Below, piece by piece: positions 28,126 to 38,626 of a stretch of DNA of 64,000 nt (its first letter is position 1; every line of letters starts with the position of its first letter). Source of the stretch: Phycisphaeraceae bacterium. GTDB taxonomy: Bacteria; Planctomycetota; Phycisphaerae; Phycisphaerales; UBA1924. Under the pieces are notes generated by a model. That model was not told the origin of the DNA. It worked only from the letters and a program-made list of their open reading frames with translations, and made no database searches. Location: NCBI GenBank assembly GCA_026128865.1, contig JAHCJE010000001.1, positions 1,756-65,755 of the forward strand. The letters run 5' to 3'. The position numbers and the translations under genes are program-made.

Positions 28126-29100
28126 GTGGGCGGACAGGCAACCGAGAGTGTGCGGTCATCGGCGGCTGGAGGGCGACTGCCCGACTTCCTCATCATCGGC
28201 GCGATGAAGGCGGGGACGACGACGCTCTACCGCGACCTGCAGACGCACCCGCGGGTGTATTTCCCGCTGGACAAGGAGCCGGGGAACCTGTGCGACGACC
28301 GCGTGCTGACGCCGGAGGGGCGGGCGGACTACGCGGCGCATTTCCGTCGGGCCCGCGCGGACCAGGTGTGCGGCGAGGCCTCGACGGCGTACACGAAGAT
28401 GCCGGTGTACACGGGCGCGGCGGAGCGGGCGCGATCGCTGCTCGGGCCGGGGCTGAAGGCGATCTACCTCGTGCGCGATCCGATAGCGCGCATCATCAGC
28501 CAGCACCACCACGAGTTGACGGTCGGCCGACTCGAGGTGATCCCGGACATCAACGAAGCAGTGCGCCAAACGGCACGCTACCTCGACTACACCCGCTATG
28601 CAACGCAGGTCCGCCCGTGGATCGACGCCTTCGGCGCGGCGAACGTGAAGATCGTTCCCTTCGAGCGATATGTCCGTGACCGGAGGGGAGTGACCTCGGA
28701 CCTCTGCGCCTTTCTCGGACTCGATCCGAGGCCGGACCTGATCGATCCCGACCGAGTCTTCAACGCGGCGGAGTCGAAGCCGGGGCGCGCCGGCCGTCTG
28801 GCGTGGATCACGAACTCCAGGGCATACCGGGGTCTGGTACGCCCTCTCGTGGGCCAGGAGGTCCGCGACCGGGTCCGCCGACTGCTGCACGGGAAGCCCC
28901 CCCCTCGTCCCGCGCCGCCGACTCCGGAGACGGTGCGGTTCATTCTGGACTCACTGCGGGACGAGATGCGGGCGATCTCGTCGTTGGCCGGCGCCGGCGG
29001 CGTGCTGCTGTGGGACGAGGGCGAGTTGCTCGCCAAGCACACGGCCCGGGCGGGTGTGCCCGGGCCGTGCGAGAAATCTCGGCTGGAAGGTCGTGCGTAG
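28126..29100 (+). CDS. PAPS-dependent sulfotransferase
   Basis: LPDFLIIGAMKAGTTTLY (5'-PSB), KEP, GEASTAY, YLVRDPIARIIS (3'-PB); start approximate. Confidence 0.9.
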   Translation: MGGQATESVRSSAAGGRLPDFLIIGAMKAGTTTLYRDLQTHPRVYFPLDKEPGNLCDDRVLTPEGRADYAAHFRRARADQVCGEASTAYTKMPVYTGAAERARSLLGPGLKAIYLVRDPIARIISQHHHELTVGRLEVIPDINEAVRQTARYLDYTRYATQVRPWIDAFGAANVKIVPFERYVRDRRGVTSDLCAFLGLDPRPDLIDPDRVFNAAESKPGRAGRLAWITNSRAYRGLVRPLVGQEVRDRVRRLLHGKPPPRPAPPTPETVRFILDSLRDEMRAISSLAGAGGVLLWDEGELLAKHTARAGVPGPCEKSRLEGRA

Positions 29101-29103
29101 CGG

Positions 29104-31089
29104 TCAGGGCCGCTCGACCCGGTCGCCGCCGCGGTTGCGGGCGCGCCGTGCGGCCTCGGCGACGTCGTCAGGGTCGAACTCGGGCTTGCTGACTCGGCCT
29201 CCTCCTCCGGTGAAGGATCCGCCACCGTGGTGGCTGCCGCCGCCGCCGGCCTTCCCACTGCCGCCGAAGGGGGGAGGGGCATCCTGGCCGCCACCGCTAC
29301 CGCCACCCCCGCTGTCCCCTGCCTTGCCGTCACGGTCGTCATGAGGGGGGGGGGGTTCCGGCTCGGCGTCGGGGTTGTAGGGATCGCGGATGAGAACCCA
29401 CTGGTCGCGCGGGATCTGCAGGTGTGCAGGAACCGTGGTGAGCCAGGATTCGACGGCTACGACGGGGTGGAGCAGGCCGTAGTGTCCGAAGAGGACCGGG
29501 CGATAGCCCATCGAGGCGTAGTAGGCGACGTCCTTCATGGCCTGCTCTTCGGGAACGTCGATCCCGAATCGGGCCTTGACATACGCGTAGCGGAGCGTGC
29601 CCCAGGTCTCGTGCCCGGGGAGGAGGAAGTCCGCGACGTAGTGCGGGTTCTTGATGCGGACGACGTCCTCTGGCTTTTCGACGGAGGAGGACTCGTCCCA
29701 GCCGCGGAGCCACATGGCGGCAAGGGTGTGCATGACGTCGGTGGCGATCGGCTCGATGACGAACTTCACGCCGGGGTGACGGGCGCGCATGCGGCGCAGC
29801 CAGTCGTAGGTGATCCAGGTGGGCACGACGCGGTGCGAATAGGTGTCGAGACCGATGGTGGTCGCGCCGGCGTACACGGAGAGGTCGAGTTCATTGAATG
29901 CGAGCGAGACGTGCTCGGGGTCGTTCGGGTCGAGGGGGTAGCTGGTGACCGGCTCCCAGGTCTTCGCGACCTGAATGGCACGGCCCCACCAAAGCCCGAG
30001 TTTGACGCCTCGGCGTGGGATGCTCGCGATGCCGGTCTCTGTGTCATACGCGGTAGCGAGCTTCGGATCGGTGAGGAGGTGGGACATGTAGAGGAAAGGG
30101 AAGTTCCATTCCTTGGCGCGGTGGTAGTTGCCCGAGGGTTTGAAGATCATGATCTCGGGCCAGTCGCGGTGACCGAGCGACATGTCCACCCACTGCGCGA
30201 AGCCGTAGAGGTCTGGGCGGAACTTCTCGGGTGTGAACCCGTAGGGGTTGTCGTCGGTGGTGTCGCTGAGACCGCCGGTGGTGACACCCTTGATAGGCCC
30301 GTTCTCGCGCTGGTAGTGGACGCCGCCGTAGACGGATCGGAAGTAATCGCGGTAGGGGAGAAGGGTCTGCATCCAGTTGTCGTTGTTGGGGGTATAGCGG
30401 ACGTTGACAACGTAGGTCCGAGTCTCGCCGGGCTGGATGAACCCTGGGTAGTTGATGTTGCCGCCGCCGGAGTCGTCGCCGTCCTTGAGCGAGATCCGGA
30501 TGTCGAGGATCCACCCGCGGAGGACGCCCTCGGTCTTGGGCATCGGTGCGCTGCGGACGCGGAAGTTCACGTCGTGCTGGTATTCGAGGAGCGGGTACTG
30601 GAGGCTGATGCCGAAGGTGCCGTACTTGTCGGCGAGGAGATAGACCGGCGCGTACATGGTGCCGGGGTAGGTGTAGGTCGGGGGCGGGCTTTTCCCGTGC
30701 GCGACGGAGAACTCCTCGCAGAATGCGCGGACGTCACGGTAGCTGATGGTGTCGTCGAGGACGAAGGTTCCCATGCGCAGGTCGGCCATGCGTCGCTGCT
30801 TGCCGCCATCGTTGGTGAACGTGTAGACGAAGTCGATGCCTTCGGATTGCGGAACGACCTCGACCTGGGGTTCGAGGTAAGACGCGTCCTTCCGGGTGTC
30901 GTACATCAGGAGTTTGCGCTGGTCGTAGATGATGCGATGCGAGGCGCGGTCACGCATCAGGTAAACGCCGTTCTCCTGGAAGACGTCAACGGTGTGATCT
31001 CCGGCGACCGCGGCGGCGAACGATGCCACAACCGCCGCGCCGATCGTTCCGAGACCGCTACGCCAACCCCAACCGGTACGCGAGAGCAT
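29104..31089 (-). CDS. Hypothetical secreted protein with Gly/Pro-rich C-terminal tail
   Basis: Long ORF with coding-like composition; signal-like N-terminus; GGAGG RBS before ATG 31089. Confidence 0.75.
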   Translation of the reverse strand: MLSRTGWGWRSGLGTIGAAVVASFAAAVAGDHTVDVFQENGVYLMRDRASHRIIYDQRKLLMYDTRKDASYLEPQVEVVPQSEGIDFVYTFTNDGGKQRRMADLRMGTFVLDDTISYRDVRAFCEEFSVAHGKSPPPTYTYPGTMYAPVYLLADKYGTFGISLQYPLLEYQHDVNFRVRSAPMPKTEGVLRGWILDIRISLKDGDDSGGGNINYPGFIQPGETRTYVVNVRYTPNNDNWMQTLLPYRDYFRSVYGGVHYQRENGPIKGVTTGGLSDTTDDNPYGFTPEKFRPDLYGFAQWVDMSLGHRDWPEIMIFKPSGNYHRAKEWNFPFLYMSHLLTDPKLATAYDTETGIASIPRRGVKLGLWWGRAIQVAKTWEPVTSYPLDPNDPEHVSLAFNELDLSVYAGATTIGLDTYSHRVVPTWITYDWLRRMRARHPGVKFVIEPIATDVMHTLAAMWLRGWDESSSVEKPEDVVRIKNPHYVADFLLPGHETWGTLRYAYVKARFGIDVPEEQAMKDVAYYASMGYRPVLFGHYGLLHPVVAVESWLTTVPAHLQIPRDQWVLIRDPYNPDAEPEPPPPHDDRDGKAGDSGGGGSGGGQDAPPPFGGSGKAGGGGSHHGGGSFTGGGGRVSKPEFDPDDVAEAARRARNRGGDRVERP

Positions 31090-31315
31090 GGTGTGGACCT
31101 CCTGCCTCATTCAGGCCGCTCGAGACTCTCCTACTCCCATCTCGACCAACCGTACCAACCGTTCACCGCTCGGACACGCCGCTGCGCCGTCGGATCGGCT
31201 TCCCGCGATTGCCCAGCCGGAACGACCCGCACAGCCCGCACGGTCGGGGTCCGCATATGAATCCATACCGTCCCTCGCCTTGCAGGGTTCACGCCGCACG
31301 CCCGAGGTTCTCACG

Positions 31316-32314
31316 GTGGAAGATCGTTCAAGGCCACGGCGTAGAGGCAGGATCGCCCGCGCGGCGGCGTGCGCGTGTGCTGCGCCAGCGTTCGGGTGGG
31401 TTCTCGCGCCGTTCGCGTGGCCGTTCGATCTGCTCGCGTCCATGACGCCGCACTTCGCCGTGCTCTGCGGAGCGATCGCGGCGTGGTTCGTGGTTCGGCG
31501 TCGGTTCGTCGCTGCGATGATCTGCGCCGCGGGTGCCCTCTCGGGGCTCGTGGGGACGCTTCCGGGCCGCTCCCTGTCGGTCAGCGCGAACGGGGCAGCA
31601 GAAACGGTGGCACTGCTGGTTTTCAACGCCCGCGTGGAGAACGCAACTCCGGAGCGTGCCCACGCCTTGCTGCTCGATACGCAAGCCGACGTGGTCGTTC
31701 TGCTCGAACCGTCCGCTACGCTGCTCGACGCGTTGCGGAGCGACGAAGTGTTGCGTCGCCGGCTGCCGCACCGGTGGCTGCCGGACCGTGCAGGCCCGGG
31801 GTTCATGGTCGTGCTCTCGGCCTGGCCGCAGCGAGCGGGGCGAGACTGGGACGAGGGGCCGGCGGCGACGGTCGTCCGTGGAACGCGGGAGATGCTCGTC
31901 GATCGTCCTCAAGGCGCGTTCGCGCTGCTCGCGATTCATCCCGATTCGCCCCGATCGCACGAGCGATGGAGAACGGGTAACCAGACGGTCGAGGACGCAG
32001 CGGCTCGCGTGCGAGATCGACTCGTGCCGACGGGGTTGCCGGTCGTTGTGGCGGGAGACTTGAACTCGCCGCCTATGGGAGCGCGGGTCCGTGCGTTGTG
32101 CAAGGGGACCGGGCTGAGGTCGGCCAAGCCGCTGCTCGTCCCGGCCGGCACCTACCCGGGTGGATGGCGATGGCCGTTCTCGCTCGCGATCGATGACGCG
32201 TTGGTCTCAGCGGGCGTCGGCGTCACTGGATGGCGGACGCTCGAAGGTGCCGGGTCCGATCATGCCCCCGTTCTGATCCGACTCGTCATCCCCGTCTCGG
32301 CTGCGTCCGAGTAA
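31316..32314 (+). CDS. Membrane-anchored endonuclease/exonuclease/phosphatase (EEP) family protein
   Basis: N-terminal TM helices; VFN, ADVVVLLE, VVAGDLN, IDDAL, GSDHAP; start uncertain. Confidence 0.82.
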   Translation: MEDRSRPRRRGRIARAAACACAAPAFGWVLAPFAWPFDLLASMTPHFAVLCGAIAAWFVVRRRFVAAMICAAGALSGLVGTLPGRSLSVSANGAAETVALLVFNARVENATPERAHALLLDTQADVVVLLEPSATLLDALRSDEVLRRRLPHRWLPDRAGPGFMVVLSAWPQRAGRDWDEGPAATVVRGTREMLVDRPQGAFALLAIHPDSPRSHERWRTGNQTVEDAAARVRDRLVPTGLPVVVAGDLNSPPMGARVRALCKGTGLRSAKPLLVPAGTYPGGWRWPFSLAIDDALVSAGVGVTGWRTLEGAGSDHAPVLIRLVIPVSAASE

Positions 32315-33859
32315 ACGCCTGCGGATGAGCGACCACGCGCGTCTTCGTTCGTGCTGACGGAGGACGAGGATCGGCGTGAGCGCGAGGTACGCCGCGCCGA
32401 ACGCGCCGAGGTTCACGAGCAGCCCGATCGGCGACGCGGGCGAAATGAGCCAGGGCATGACGACCAGCAGCGGACTGGCGAGGGCCGTGGCGGCGATCGG
32501 GCGCTGCATGGGTCGGACCATGTGCCAGCAGGGCACGCGGAGACAGCGAGCGCCTACCCACGGCAGCGCGACGGCGTGGAAGGTCAGGAAGATGGCGGTG
32601 AACGACCACGCAGGTCCGGTGAAGGACCAATCGCCGGGGAGGACATGGATGAGTCCGACGGCCAAGATTGGGTTGAGGAGTCCGCCGGCGAGGACGACGG
32701 GGGCGTATCGACGGACGTGCCCAGCGCCGTAGAGGAGCCTGATCCACCCGTCGGAGATGCCGCGCGCCGTAAACCCGAGGACGAGGATCTGCGATGACAG
32801 GACGGCTCGCGAAATGCTGTCTGGCTGGAGGTGGCGGCCGACCCAGAGACGCACGAGCGGATCCGCGAGGGCGAGGACGACCGCGCACGCGGGGAGCGCA
32901 ACGTAGGCGTGCGCACGCGTGGAGTTGCGGAGGACAGCGCCGAGGGCCTTGTGGTCTTCGTTGCTGGTCAGCCTGGCGCCGACAACGTCGAGACCGTCGG
33001 TCATGCCAACGGCGAGCATGCGTATGTAGGCGGTGAGTCGCACGCCGACGGAGAAGGCGGCATTGGCGATGGTCCCGAAGAAGATGTTGACGATGATCTG
33101 GTCGAGCCGGATGTGAAGGTTGAGCGCAAGGCTCATCGCCCCGTTCCAACCGCTGGTGCCCAGGACGCCGCGGATCTCCTTCCAGGACGCGAGCGAGGGA
33201 CGGAGGGCAAGCCCCCTTTCGAGCCTGGCGATGTTCGCGACGGAGAGCAAGACGAAGAGCACGGCCAGCCCCGACCCGGCAAAGACGAACCAGACGAGGC
33301 CGGTGCGCTGGTCGACGGGCTTGAGGATCCAGAAGACGAGGATCGCGCCTGCGAAGTACGAGAAGCGGTCCATGGACCGAAAGAGGTTGTGCCAGAGGAG
33401 ACGCTCCGAGACCAGGTGCATGTTCACCTGCGGTGCACAGAGGACAACGACAACGGAGTAGAAACCCTGCGCGACGATGACCCACCGCGCGGCGGCGATC
33501 CAGTCGGGCTCGACGTTCAGGAGATGGATGAGCCAGTAGAGGGCGACGTAGACAGCCCCGGCAGCAAGGGCGGCCATGGCGGCCACGACGACCGCGGCGT
33601 TGTAGACGACCGGGAAACGGGACTTGTCAGGGTCGTGGTACGCTGCGCCCAGCTCGCGGTTCATGCTGGAGCGGACGATCTCCCGGAACATGTCGCCGAG
33701 GCCGATCGTCGCGCCGAGCAGGCTCCAGAGGCCGAAGCCGATCTCGCCTACGCCCCCGAGGACGATGGGCACCATCGTCACACCGAGGACGACGGTGATG
33801 AACAGGCGCGCGTAGTTCGAGACGACGCGGACGGTGGCTCGTTTCAGCTCCCTCGCCAT
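32207..33859 (-). CDS. wzx: Oligosaccharide flippase (Wzx-like, MOP superfamily)
   Basis: About 12-14 hydrophobic segments; GxxGFGLWSLL and LDQIIVNIFFG patterns; polysaccharide-locus context. Confidence 0.8.
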   Translation of the reverse strand: MARELKRATVRVVSNYARLFITVVLGVTMVPIVLGGVGEIGFGLWSLLGATIGLGDMFREIVRSSMNRELGAAYHDPDKSRFPVVYNAAVVVAAMAALAAGAVYVALYWLIHLLNVEPDWIAAARWVIVAQGFYSVVVVLCAPQVNMHLVSERLLWHNLFRSMDRFSYFAGAILVFWILKPVDQRTGLVWFVFAGSGLAVLFVLLSVANIARLERGLALRPSLASWKEIRGVLGTSGWNGAMSLALNLHIRLDQIIVNIFFGTIANAAFSVGVRLTAYIRMLAVGMTDGLDVVGARLTSNEDHKALGAVLRNSTRAHAYVALPACAVVLALADPLVRLWVGRHLQPDSISRAVLSSQILVLGFTARGISDGWIRLLYGAGHVRRYAPVVLAGGLLNPILAVGLIHVLPGDWSFTGPAWSFTAIFLTFHAVALPWVGARCLRVPCWHMVRPMQRPIAATALASPLLVVMPWLISPASPIGLLVNLGAFGAAYLALTPILVLRQHERRRAWSLIRRRLLGRSRDGDDESDQNGGMIGPGTFERPPSSDADAR

Positions 33860-33900
33860 GCGGGTGCCTGCATCTGGTCGCCATCCCGGTCCGTCGGTGT

Positions 33901-35373
33901 TCAGGCCGTGTCGGGATGGCCCTGGGGCTGAGCGTAGCCATCATCGCCCGGAGACTCTTCGTACCCCTCACCGTAGGTGTGGTCGTACTGCTCCTCGGCG
34001 TACCCATCCCAAGTTGCGTAGGAGGGGCTTGCGCCGCCCCAGCCCGCAGCGTCTGCGGCCGAGGCCTCCGCCCGCACCATGCCGCTGGAACCGATGAGTT
34101 TCACAAGCACCTGCATGACGAGGTAACTGCCGACGACGGAAAAGAGGAGGATGAACATGAAGACGCTGGTCTCTCCGCGCGGCATGCCGAGAACCTGTCC
34201 GAGCGCGCAGCCGACCGGAAGCACGACGAATGGCGTGTACGGATTCTTCAGGACAAGCTCGTCAAGAAAGCGCACGATCATGCCCATCAGGACCGCGTAC
34301 ACGATGAGGGCGTAGAACCCCCCTTCAGCGGCGGCGTGGCCGATGATGCCCGGGCCGATGGTGAGCCTGTCGCGGTTCACCTTCCGGCGCATGGCCATGC
34401 TGGCGATCTTGGTGCTGAGCGGGTCGGGCTTGTCGGCCCAGACGGAGCGCGGGATCGGGAAGATGGCGGCGTAGCGGATGATGAAGAGATGCCGGTACTC
34501 GAAGTTGACCGGGTGGTTCTCCATGAGCCACATGCTCTTGAGGGCGGTGCCCTGCCCGTCCAGCAGCATGATGAGGCCTGACTTCACGTCACCCTGCGAC
34601 TTCATCGCTTGCACGTGCTCCGTCGCGGAGCGGTCGTGCTCCTTGGAACTGCGGACGCTGGTGTAGAGGGCGAGAGCGATCACCGGAACGGCGGCCACGG
34701 CGGTGATGGGGCCAACCACCTTGCGGAGCGGGAGATAGCGCCAGTGCGAGTAGTACATGCCCCAGACGAGGCCGCCCGCAACCGCGATCAACTGGCGGCG
34801 GCCGAAGGATCCGGTGACGACGTTGGCGGCGTTCGCGAGCACGATGACGCAGACGATGGCGATGATGAGCGGGTTCATCAGACGCGGCGCCCATACCCAG
34901 CCCACCAGCCCGCAGGCGATGGCGGCGAACGCGATCGCGAAGTAGTCGCCGATGACGCCGACCAGCGGCACGTAGATGAGAACCTGGTGGAGGATGACGG
35001 CAGCCGCGGTGAGCACGAAGGCGAGGATCAGCATCATCGGCACGCTGGGGATGACGTGTGTCGTCGGCATCCAGCGCGCGAATGGCTTGGCAACCCATCC
35101 CCTGGCGCTCGTCAAGAGGAACACGACCAGGAAGATCGTTGACCAGATCGCGTACATCCCGGCCGTCCCCGTCAGGTCGCGGAGCATGTAGGGGCGCGTG
35201 TCCTGCGTGATGAGGGGTATGGTCGCGCTGGTCAACTGGAAGACGATGAAGCCGAGCAGGAAAAAGTTGCGGATGCAGAGAAGATCCTTCTTGCCGACGA
35301 GATACTCGTACGCCATCAGCCCAGCGGTGACGGCGGCCAGCAGAAGGAAATAGATGGTGAGGAGGAAGTCCAT
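33901..35373 (-). CDS. wzy: Polysaccharide repeat-unit polymerase (Wzy-like)
   Basis: Multi-TM; GSFGRR, FPIPRSVWADKP, PGIIGHAAAEGG motifs typical of Wzy-like proteins. Confidence 0.7.
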   Translation of the reverse strand: MDFLLTIYFLLLAAVTAGLMAYEYLVGKKDLLCIRNFFLLGFIVFQLTSATIPLITQDTRPYMLRDLTGTAGMYAIWSTIFLVVFLLTSARGWVAKPFARWMPTTHVIPSVPMMLILAFVLTAAAVILHQVLIYVPLVGVIGDYFAIAFAAIACGLVGWVWAPRLMNPLIIAIVCVIVLANAANVVTGSFGRRQLIAVAGGLVWGMYYSHWRYLPLRKVVGPITAVAAVPVIALALYTSVRSSKEHDRSATEHVQAMKSQGDVKSGLIMLLDGQGTALKSMWLMENHPVNFEYRHLFIIRYAAIFPIPRSVWADKPDPLSTKIASMAMRRKVNRDRLTIGPGIIGHAAAEGGFYALIVYAVLMGMIVRFLDELVLKNPYTPFVVLPVGCALGQVLGMPRGETSVFMFILLFSVVGSYLVMQVLVKLIGSSGMVRAEASAADAAGWGGASPSYATWDGYAEEQYDHTYGEGYEESPGDDGYAQPQGHPDTA

Positions 35374-35592
35374 CGGATCCCGTCTCGTCGCCCGCCCGAT
35401 CCGCTCGCCGCGCCCCCGTGCCCAGCGTCAGGGGGCGCGGCGCCCGGGCGTCCCATCCCCGGGCATCGATACTATCGGTCGGGCAGGACAGGCGACTTCG
35501 GCACGATCCGGCCCATCCCGCCATTCTCCACGGCACGGTCTGGTACGTCCGTCGCCGTGGGAGAGTTCGTTGCGGCGAGAGCGGACGTGTGC

Positions 35593-36426
35593 TCAGGAGA
35601 CGGACTCAACCCAGGCGTGGTCCGGCTCGTAACCGGACTCGATCAGGGCGTCCCCGAAGCGGTGCCGGAAGATCTCGGCGGCCTCCCGCGAGAAGTGATT
35701 TCGCCAATCGCCCGAACCGCCCTTGCGGAGGAACTTCGCTCGCTCGCCTTCTCGCTTCTGCCTCGAGAGGCGTGCGAAGGAGAACCGCTCGACGGCCTCT
35801 CGTGCGGCTTGATCGTCGGCTTCCTCGCCTGTGAGCAGCGACATCGCACGGGCAAGAGTTGCCGGACCGTCAGCGAGCAAGTCCTCGTAACGGAGCATGA
35901 CAAGACCATGCCGTCCTTCTCGACGCCCTCCCACTGCGCGCAGATACGAGCGGACGTGATCGCTCCATCCCGCTCCGCGTACCGACGGGTGAGACGCCTC
36001 GGTCTCCAGGAAGCGAGGCAGGTTCGTGCGCACATCGCCCTTGTCCTTCAGGCCCGGAAACCACCGGGCGACGTGGCGAGGGACGCGAGGGTTCGTCCCC
36101 TCCGGGATGTTTCGCGCCATGTAGAAGTAGAGGGAGACCATGACGTCGCGGCCGTCCCGCATCGAGTACACGCAGCGCGGCATGCGGGGCGAGACGGACG
36201 AGTGCCCGTGGACGACAGCGGGGAACGCGATCGGAAGGAGGCTGAAGCGAGGGAAAGGAAGGCGCAGATAGTCCGAGACGAGTTGGGCCGCCCACGTCGT
36301 GCCGCTCTTGGGGTAGCCGACGACGAAGGTGAGTGGCGAGATGGTCGGGCAACGCTGCCCGAGAAACCAGGTCACGTGCTGCGATGCGGCCCGGACCTTG
36401 ATCATCGTGCGACTGTTGCGATCCAC
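35593..36426 (-). CDS. PAPS-dependent sulfotransferase
   Basis: VVGYPKSGTTW, RDGRDVMVSLY, LRYEDL, FLRKGGSGDWRNHF; GTG start after GGAGG. Confidence 0.92.
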   Translation of the reverse strand: MDRNSRTMIKVRAASQHVTWFLGQRCPTISPLTFVVGYPKSGTTWAAQLVSDYLRLPFPRFSLLPIAFPAVVHGHSSVSPRMPRCVYSMRDGRDVMVSLYFYMARNIPEGTNPRVPRHVARWFPGLKDKGDVRTNLPRFLETEASHPSVRGAGWSDHVRSYLRAVGGRREGRHGLVMLRYEDLLADGPATLARAMSLLTGEEADDQAAREAVERFSFARLSRQKREGERAKFLRKGGSGDWRNHFSREAAEIFRHRFGDALIESGYEPDHAWVESVS

Positions 36427-36442
36427 CGACACCCTCCGTTGT

Positions 36443-37633
36443 TCATGCGTCCGCGGGCGAGTCCGCTCCCGACTTCGCTCGGCGGTACAGGTCTTCGTAG
36501 CGCGCGGCCACGGACTGGCCGTCAAGATAGCGCATCACCCACTCACGCCCGCGCTCGCCCATCGTCGCCCGCTTGGCGGGATCGTCGAGCAGCGACGCGA
36601 TCTCACGGGCAAAGGCCTCCGGCGTGCGCGGGGCGATGACGGCACCCCCCCCCTCGGCGAGTTCGGGCCAGATGTCAACGCCCTCGGTGGTCACCACCGG
36701 TGTCCCGCAGGCGAGAGACTCCGGAAGAACAAAGCCGAAGTTCTCCTGGCTGGTTGGCAGCGCGAAGACGTCGGCAAGCTGGTAGAGACTGAGTTTCAGG
36801 TCACCCGTGATCATGCCGACAAAGCGAACACGATCCTTAACGCCAAGAGAGGCGGCAAGGCGTCGCATCTGCGCAAGGTACGCCTCGTCGCCCGTGCCCG
36901 CGACGATGCAGCGCACCGTGCGCCCCGTGCGGGAGAGCTCGGCGATCGCCCGGATGAGCACGTCCACGCCCTTCTTGTAGTGGACACGCGAAAGGAAAAG
37001 CACGATCGGCTCCCCGGACGCAAGATCGCCTGTTCCACCGGGTCCGAACCTGTCGGCGGCGAGCGCCGGTCCGGGCAGCGCGCGGTAGGGTGCGAGATCG
37101 AAGACAAGCGGGATGACGACGCCTCGGCCGCGAGGGAACCACTTGCGTGCTTGACCGAGTTCGCCGCCAGCGGTGCAGTGGACGAAGCGGGCGCGTTCGA
37201 GAGTTCCGCGGGCGAAGGCGGCCAGGAACGCTCGCTTCTTGATGCCCCGTTGCGACATGCACCAGTCGTCGAGCATGCCGTGGACGCTGACGACGTACGC
37301 GAGTCCCATCGAATCGGCGAGGAGACCGAGTTGCGAGTTCGCGGCGTGCCAGACGGCGTGCAGGTGCAGCACGTCGGCTTCGTGCAGAATCTCGCGCCAT
37401 CGCGCCAACTGGCTGCGCGCGAACCGTCCGAGGAACGCCCCGGGCGGGTCGATCCTCACGACCTTCGGAGCGGCAGGATCGCTACGCCATCCGTCAGGGG
37501 CGTCGGCGTCGTCGAAGGTAACGACGCGAACATCGTGGCCGGAGGCGGCTGTGAGTGTGGCGAGATCGAGCACGGCGCGGACAATCCCGCCCTCCTCCAG
37601 CCGGATCGCGCGAAGGTAGTGGACGATCCTCAC
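36443..37633 (-). CDS. Glycosyltransferase family 4
   Basis: SVHGMLDDW, LFLSRVHYKKG, SQENFGFVLPESLACG. Confidence 0.92.
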   Translation of the reverse strand: MRIVHYLRAIRLEEGGIVRAVLDLATLTAASGHDVRVVTFDDADAPDGWRSDPAAPKVVRIDPPGAFLGRFARSQLARWREILHEADVLHLHAVWHAANSQLGLLADSMGLAYVVSVHGMLDDWCMSQRGIKKRAFLAAFARGTLERARFVHCTAGGELGQARKWFPRGRGVVIPLVFDLAPYRALPGPALAADRFGPGGTGDLASGEPIVLFLSRVHYKKGVDVLIRAIAELSRTGRTVRCIVAGTGDEAYLAQMRRLAASLGVKDRVRFVGMITGDLKLSLYQLADVFALPTSQENFGFVLPESLACGTPVVTTEGVDIWPELAEGGGAVIAPRTPEAFAREIASLLDDPAKRATMGERGREWVMRYLDGQSVAARYEDLYRRAKSGADSPADA

Positions 37634-38604
37634 CGGGCCACCTCCGCGACAGCAATCGGCTCGGCGCGGCCCTCAAAGCCGTAACGACCCTGATACTCGT
37701 TGAAGGTCGTTGCCATTTCAGGAGGGAGAGCGATCGGCGTGCGCGTACGGACGCGCTCCGGACCGACGAGCTTGACAACGGATTCGAGCCACTCGTTCGG
37801 CGCATCGACGCCGAAGTGCGCACAGAGGCGCGCCAGCCAGACGCGAGGGTCGGCGGTCAGATCGGGGTAGCGCACCTCGAGGATCCGTTCGCCGAGGCGA
37901 TCGCGCCATCGGTCGGCTTCTCCGAGGCTCGTCAGCCACTCGTACGCGCCGCGCTGGGCATCGGTCGCGAGACGCGAGACTCCGTCCGCGAAGTACCCGC
38001 GCGGAGGGCCTTCTTCGGACAGCGCTCGCCACTTCGCGCCGTCCTCGCCCCACCACTGGTTGTAGTGGGATCGGAAGGCCATCCGGTAAGGCTGTTCGGT
38101 GGCGAGTTGTTCGATCGAGCGGCAGACGTCGATGCCGTTGCGGACGATGTGAACGTAGCGTGCGCCTGGGGCGAGAGATTCGAGGAAGCCGATGCGGGCG
38201 ATGTTGTGGGGCGTCTTTTCGACGACCATCGGCTTGCCGGCGCGGGCACGCTCGCCCATCACCAGGCGGTTGAAGACGAGTTGCGCGCGATCGGAGCGGT
38301 GCTCGGCGTCCATGAACCAGAGGCCGCGGACGCGGTAGTGGAGATTCGTGACGTCGCACCGGCGATCGACCTGCGCCCAGAAGTGGTACGGCTCACGGAG
38401 GTAGGCGATCTCAGGGTGGGGCGCGAAGAGTTTGCCGAGAATGGTGGTGCCCGATCGGCCACAGGCAACGATGAAGCCGGGTGGTGGCGGGAGGGGCGCG
38501 GACTCGTCGGGGCAGGGCGTGCGCGCGAGGCGCTCGGCGTGCCGTCGGATGACGGCGAGTTTGGCGGTGCGCAGCAGCGGCCTGAGCGGTCCCATCGCGT
38601 TCAC
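37630..38604 (-). CDS. Sulfotransferase (Sulfotransfer_3-like)
   Basis: FIVACGRSGTTIL, HPEI, EP, VEKTPHN, HIVRNGIDVCRS. Confidence 0.88.
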   Translation of the reverse strand: MNAMGPLRPLLRTAKLAVIRRHAERLARTPCPDESAPLPPPPGFIVACGRSGTTILGKLFAPHPEIAYLREPYHFWAQVDRRCDVTNLHYRVRGLWFMDAEHRSDRAQLVFNRLVMGERARAGKPMVVEKTPHNIARIGFLESLAPGARYVHIVRNGIDVCRSIEQLATEQPYRMAFRSHYNQWWGEDGAKWRALSEEGPPRGYFADGVSRLATDAQRGAYEWLTSLGEADRWRDRLGERILEVRYPDLTADPRVWLARLCAHFGVDAPNEWLESVVKLVGPERVRTRTPIALPPEMATTFNEYQGRYGFEGRAEPIAVAEVAR

Positions 38605-38626
38605 GGTAGGGCATCTCCGGCTGCGC

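Noticed and set aside
32207-32314. 108-bp convergent overlap of the EEP and flippase genes
   Set aside because: Most simply stop-codon drift in GC-rich DNA; the flippase tail is low-information
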